The translations under genes and the position numbers were made by a program. The notes under the pieces are model-generated. The model ran no database searches. It worked only from the letters and a program-made list of their open reading frames with translations, and was not told the origin of the DNA. 9,625 nt of DNA from Bugula neritina (taxonomy: Eukaryota; Animalia; Bryozoa), in the NCBI GenBank assembly GCA_964035545.1, contig CAXIUT010000019.1, forward strand, positions 1 to 9,625, in the 5' to 3' direction. Positions within the stretch are counted from its first letter, which is position 1, and the number at the start of each line of letters is the position of its first letter. Shown here in pieces: positions 8,247 to 9,625 of this stretch.

Positions 8247-9443
8247 TCATTTTCTACGAATGAATTTAGGTTGTTATTCTTCCATGAATAGCTGTTTACC
8301 TGTCGATCCCATAGGAATAAACGAGGTTCTTCTTGTTTTCTTTGATGAACTCAAAGTATAACGTCTGTTCTCACCTTCAATCATATCAATTTATCCTTAT
8401 TTCTTTGATGACTCGAATTCTTGCTACTTTTATTTGACAATAACAATTGTAGGCTAATTCTACTGTTATCTATTGTTGACTGATTTCTCTTTTAAAACAT
8501 GATCTGAATCAGATAGAAAAGATGTTAGCTGAGCTAGGGTTTTGGATGTCTATAGCTATTGATATCGTTTTTTTATGGCTGCTATTGGAGTCTTAATGTA
8601 TAGTTAAAACTATTGTGATTGTTTTGATGTGTATTTGTAGGTATAAAGATGATCTCTTTTTAGTTATTCTATTTTTTATTATTTTTGCATTATCTATGCT
8701 GTTAATCTGTTTATCTTAGCATACAACTAAAGCTAATTTTCATCTTTTTTGTTATTTATACTCACAATATCCTCTATTTTCGAAAGTAACTATTTATTTT
8801 TCAACTATAATCTCAATATTTCTTTCTAGTATATTTCTCTTTATCTTTAAAACTATTTTTCTATCTTCTACACCATTTTCTCACTTATTTTTAACTTCTA
8901 GCAAACATTTACATATTCTTTACTCTTTAACACAAAATCTCCATCAAATCCACTCCCATCATCATCTCTCTACCTCACCAAAGCTCCTTCTATACCTTTC
9001 CTTATCATCAGTACTCGTTTATTTATCCCTTCTAATATTTACTAACTATTTCCCTTTCTCACGATCTCCTGACCTAACAAAAATGAATACCGACTATTAT
9101 TAGAATTACATTGATGATCAACTTGATATTTCAGTTTAGTTTTAGTTTTTTATAAGTAGTGTTGTTCATCAATCAACTTGTCATACTATCTGAGCAGAAT
9201 TGATTACTAGCAATGTTATTATAGAGATGGTCTAAGTTAATATTAAAAGAAATTGTATTTTTACTTGATTGAATGATAGAGTTGGAAGTTATTTTCATAT
9301 TATTTGGACAATTTTTATCTCAACTAATCGAAGAATTGATTTTTATTTGAGGTACTATTACTAGATACTTTACTATCAGTTGAATTCATTGATTTCCTCC
9401 TGTTTTTAGCGATTATATTCTATTTATTCTAAGCAATTAGCAT
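8247..9443 (-). CDS. Hypothetical E/K-rich coiled-coil protein, 398 aa, intronless, with N-terminal KEN-box-like motif
   Basis: A 1197-nt TGA-free frame: MLIAENKENII...KMVEKIEKEFEREREIYEKEILRLELKNKELLSKIEDIV...AEIMQKEEKIEELKRD...QPKFIRRK-TGA. No family recognised. Confidence 0.8.
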
Positions 9444-9517
9444 ATCCGTTATAATAATAACTATTATTAGAACTATTAGTATATTATCATATAAATTGAT
9501 ATTTTTAAGAAACAATA

Positions 9518-9625
9518 TGGGGTTGGGGTTGGGGTTGGGGTTGGGGTTGGGGTTGGGGTTGGGGTTGGGGTTGGGGTTGGGGTTGGGGTTGGGGTTGGGG
9601 TTTGGGGTTTGGGGTTGGGGTTGGG
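9518..9625. repeat. Right telomere, (TTGGGG)n
   Basis: Tandem GGGGTT to the end of the window, G-rich on the + strand; two TTTGGGG variants at 9601-9614. Confidence 0.98.

Noticed and set aside
117-9443. Standard ciliate code (UAR=Gln), split UAA/UAG meanings, or pervasive pseudogenisation
   Set aside because: Both codons independently occupy invariant Glu sites in several families, and catalytic motifs are intact.
9386-9490. 34-aa - strand upstream ORF (MIIYEEFEEELLLERICELL...) overlapping the start of the last gene
   Set aside because: With a single stop codon, short ORFs in AT-rich DNA are expected; its ATG is under 30 nt from the telomere.
9601-9614. TTTGGGG variant telomere repeats
   Set aside because: Only two copies at the read end; consistent with homopolymer error or distal telomerase infidelity, so not evidence of a mixed repeat.
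1-9625. CRISPR array, prokaryotic system, tRNA/rRNA or transposon
   Set aside because: The only tandem repeats are telomeric; I recognised no spacer-repeat structure, RNA gene or transposase motif.

Overview
This is a eukaryotic sequence: an apparently complete telomere-to-telomere ciliate macronuclear minichromosome of about 9.5 kb, capped by (CCCCAA)n at 1-65 and (TTGGGG)n at 9518-9625. The supplied ORF track is mostly uninformative because the organism uses a variant code. TAA and TAG both fall at conserved Glu positions (GE*SYGG, KGCFLGQE*, NFKE*CWWD, LAE*NE*R), and TGA is the only stop; this matches NCBI table 30, the peritrich nuclear code. Translated by hand with that code, the window holds eight tightly packed genes: IBA57/CAF17 (+), a base-exchange phosphatidylserine synthase (+), an SR splicing factor with RRM and zinc knuckle (-), NDUFAF5-like (-), an S10 serine carboxypeptidase (-), a small hypothetical protein (+), a dual-specificity-phosphatase-like pseudophosphatase (-) and a coiled-coil protein (-). 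They contain 14 inferred tiny introns of 20-23 nt. All begin GTA, and 13 of 14 end A-Y-N-N-A-G with an A fixed 6 nt from the 3' end. Two single-base indels in T-runs of IBA57 suggest an unpolished long read. All gene models are manual and lack transcript support.
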